In this document: positions 60,901 through 64,000 of the stretch, piece after piece
How the letters are laid out: every line of letters begins with the position of its first letter
Position numbering within the stretch: the first letter of the stretch is position 1
Assembly (NCBI GenBank): GCA_040954595.2
Contig: CM082597.2
Coordinates: 8,773,778 to 8,837,777 of the forward strand
Direction: 5' to 3'
From: Balanoglossus misakiensis
Lineage: Eukaryota > Animalia > Hemichordata
Length of the DNA: 64,000 nucleotides
Program-made: the position numbers and the translations under genes
The notes under the pieces: generated by a model
Seen by the model: only the letters and a program-made list of their open reading frames with translations
The model's database searches: none
Told to the model about the DNA's origin: nothing

Positions 60901-63900
60901 TTTGAGATTTTGCAAAGTCGAAAATTTGTCATTTTTTGATGATTTTCACCCATGATTTTTTTTCACAAATCGACGAAATTTTGAGTCTTTGCAGTCGAAA
61001 ATTTGTCATTTTTTGATGATTTTCCCCCATGATTTTTTTCAAAAATCAACGAAATTTTGAGATTTTGCAAAGTCGAAAATTTGTCATTTTTAGATGATTT
61101 TCACCCGTCTTTTTTCAAAAAATCGACGAAATTTTGAGATTTTGCAAAGAGGAAAATTTGTCATTTTTTGATAATTTTCAACAATGATTTATTTCAAAAA
61201 TCGACGAAATTTTGAGATTTTGCAGTCGAAAATTTGTCATTTTTTGATGATTTTCCCCCATGATTTTTTTCTAAAATCGACGAAATTTTGAGATTTTGCA
61301 AAGTTGAAAATTTTTCAAAAATCGACGAAATTTATAGATTTTGCAAAGAGGAAAATTTGTCATTTTTTGATGATTTTCACCCATGATTTTTTCAAAATTG
61401 ACGAAATTTTGAAATTTTGCAGTCGAAAATTTGTCATTTTTTGATCATTTTCCCCATGATTTTTTTCAAAAATCGACGAAATTTTGAGATTTTGCAAAGT
61501 CGAAAATTTTGTCATTTTTTGATGATTTTCAACCATGATTTTTTTTCAAAAATCGACGAAAATTTGAGATTTTGCAAAGACGAAAATTTGTCATTTTTGA
61601 TGATTTTTACCCATGATTTTTTTTTCAAAAATGGACGAAATTTTGAGATTTTGCAAAGACGAAAATTTGTCATTTTTTGATGATTTTCACCCATGATTTT
61701 TTTTCAAAAATCGACGAAATTTTGAGATTTTGCAAAGAGGAAAATTTGTCATTTTTTGATGATTTTCAACCATGATTTTTTTTCAAAAATCGACGAAATT
61801 TTGAGATTTTGCAAAGTCGTAAATGTGTCATTTGTTGATGATTTTCACCCGTTTTTTTTTCAAAATTTGTCATTTTTTGATGATTTTCACCCATGTTTTT
61901 TTTTACAAAAATCGACGAACCTATGATTTTTTTCAAAATCGACGAAATTTTGTGATTTTACAAAGTCGAAAATGTGTCATTTTTTGATGATTTTCACCCG
62001 TTTTTTTTTCAAAATTTGTCATTTTTTGATGATTTTCACCCGTTTTTTTTTCAAAAATCGACGAAATTTTGAGATTTTGCAAAGTCGAAAATGTGTCATT
62101 TTTTGATGATTTTCACCCGTTTTTTTTTCAAAATTTGTCATTTTTTGATGATTTTCACCCATGCTTTTTTATAAAAAATCGACGAACCTATGATTTTTTT
62201 CAAAATCGACGAAATTTTGTGATTTTACAAAGTCGAAAATTTTGTCATTTTTTGATGATTTTCAACCATGATTTTTTTTCAAAAATCGACGAAATTTTGA
62301 GATTTTGCAAAGTCGAAAATGTGTCATTTTTTGATGATTTTCACCCGTTTTTTTTTCAAAATTTGTCATTTTTTGATGATTTTTACCCATGATTTTTTTT
62401 CAAAAATGGACGAAATTTTGAGATTTTGCAAAGTCGAAAATTTGTTATTTTTTGATGATTTTCACCCATGTCTTTTTTTAAAAATCGACGAAATTTTGAG
62501 ATTTTGCAAAGAGGAAAATTTGTCATTTTTTCATGATTTTCCCCCATGATTTTTTTCAAAAATCGACGAAATTTTGAGATTTTGCAAAGTCGAAAATGTG
62601 TCATTTTTTGATGATTTTCACCCGTTTTTTTTTCAAAATTTGTCATTTTTTGATGATTTTTACCCATGATTTTTTTTCAAAAATGGACGAAATTTTGAGA
62701 TTTTGCAAAGTCGAAAATTTGTTATTTTTTGATGATTTTCACCCATGTCTTTTTTTAAAAATCGAAGAAATTTTGAGATTTTGCAAAGAGGAAAATTTGT
62801 CATTTTTTCATGATTTTCCCCCATGATTTTTTTCAAAACTCGACGAAATTTTGAGATTTTGCAAAGATGAAAATTTGTCATTTTTGATGATTTTTACCCA
62901 TAATTTTGTTTCAGAAATGGACGAAATTTTGAGATTTTGCAAAGACGAATATTTGTCATTTTTTCATGATTTTCCCCCATGATTTTTTTCAAAAATCGAC
63001 GAAATTTTGAGATTTTGCAAAGTCGACGAAAATGTGTCATTTTTTGATGATTTTCACCCGTTTTTTTTCAAAAATCGACGAAATTTTGAGATTTTGCAAA
63101 ATCGAAAATTTGTCATTTTTTGATGATTTTCCCCCATGATTTTTTTTTAAAAATGGACGAAATTTTGAGATTTTGCAAAGACGAAGATTTGTCATTTTTG
63201 ATGATTTTTACCCATGATTTTTTTTTCAAAAATGGACGAAATTTTGAGATTTTGCAAAGACGAAAAATTTTCATTTTTTGATGATTTTCACCCATGATTT
63301 TTTTTCAAAAATCGACGAAATTTTGAGATTTTGCAAAGTCGTAAATGTGTCATTTTTTGATCATTTTCACCCGTTTTTTTTTCAAAATTTGTCATTTTTT
63401 GATGATTTTCACCCATGATATTTTTCAAAAATCGAAAAAAATTTGAGATTTTGCAAAGTCGAAAATTTGTCATTTTTTGATGATTTTCACCCATGATTTT
63501 CTTCAAAAATCGACGAAATTTTGAGATTTTGCAAAGTCGAAAATTTGTCATTTTTTGATGATTTTCACCTATGATTTTTGTCAAAAATCAACAAAATTTT
63601 GAGATTTTGCAACGTCGAAAATTTGTCATTTTTTTGATGATTTTCACCCATGATTTTTTTCAAAAATCGACGAAATTTTGAGATTTTGCAAAGTCGAAAA
63701 TTTGTCATTTTTTGATGATTTTCACCGATGATTTTTTTCAACAATCGAAAAAATTTTGAGATTTTGCAAAGTCGAAAATGTGTCATTTTTTGATGATTTT
63801 CACCCGTTTTTTTTTCAAAATTTGTCATTTTTTGATGATTTTCACCAATGATATTTTTCAAAAATCGAAAAAATTTTGAGATTTTGCAAAGTCGAAAATT

Positions 63901-64000
63901 TGTCATTTTTTGATGATTTTCACCCATGATTTTCTTCAAAAATCGACGAAATTTTGAGATTTTGCAAAGTCGAAAATTTGTCATTTTTTGATGATTTTCA
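51934..64000. repeat. AT-rich 78-bp satellite array (>12 kb, runs off the window) with higher-order duplications
   Basis: Unit ccatgatttttttcaaaaatcgacgaaattttgagattttgcaaagtcgaaaatttgtcattttttgatgattttcac; period 78 (52261 to 52339); the ORF track repeats every 26 aa. Confidence 0.99.

Noticed and set aside
52097-63984. Lys/Phe-rich 26-aa repeat ORFs
   Set aside because: Translations of the 78-bp satellite, constantly frameshifted by homopolymer length changes.

Overview
Eukaryotic (metazoan) AT-rich genomic DNA. An invertebrate, possibly a deuterostome, is inferred only from the gene and repeat style. About half the window is satellite: a 90/74-bp array at ~6.24-25.6 kb and a 78-bp AT-rich array from ~51.9 kb to the window end. 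Between them lies a minus-strand, 16-exon segment (45887->26431, ~812 codons) encoding C-type lectin - 3xCUB - Sushi/CCP - 2xEGF, which closely resembles the N-terminal part of Drosophila Uninflatable (recognised from memory). It carries several apparent lesions: an in-frame TGA at a conserved CUB Trp, a lost donor, a CCG acceptor and a half-Sushi exon. Introns and flanks contain many MITEs (TTAA- and TA-flanked), Helentron-like repeats, an L2-type LINE tail, and a 5'-truncated RTEX-like LINE with a nested MITE. Three observations stand out. (1) Two sequence-unrelated long hairpins share a strand-specific design of a GCA triloop plus repeated tandem GA/GA mismatches. (2) An AAAAAGCAAAA tract is directly followed by a 56-nt tRNA-like fold, as at the MALAT1/MENbeta 3' end. 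(3) Two gene lesions are G>A changes that A-to-I editing could in principle revert. All coordinates were read by eye and no database searches were run.
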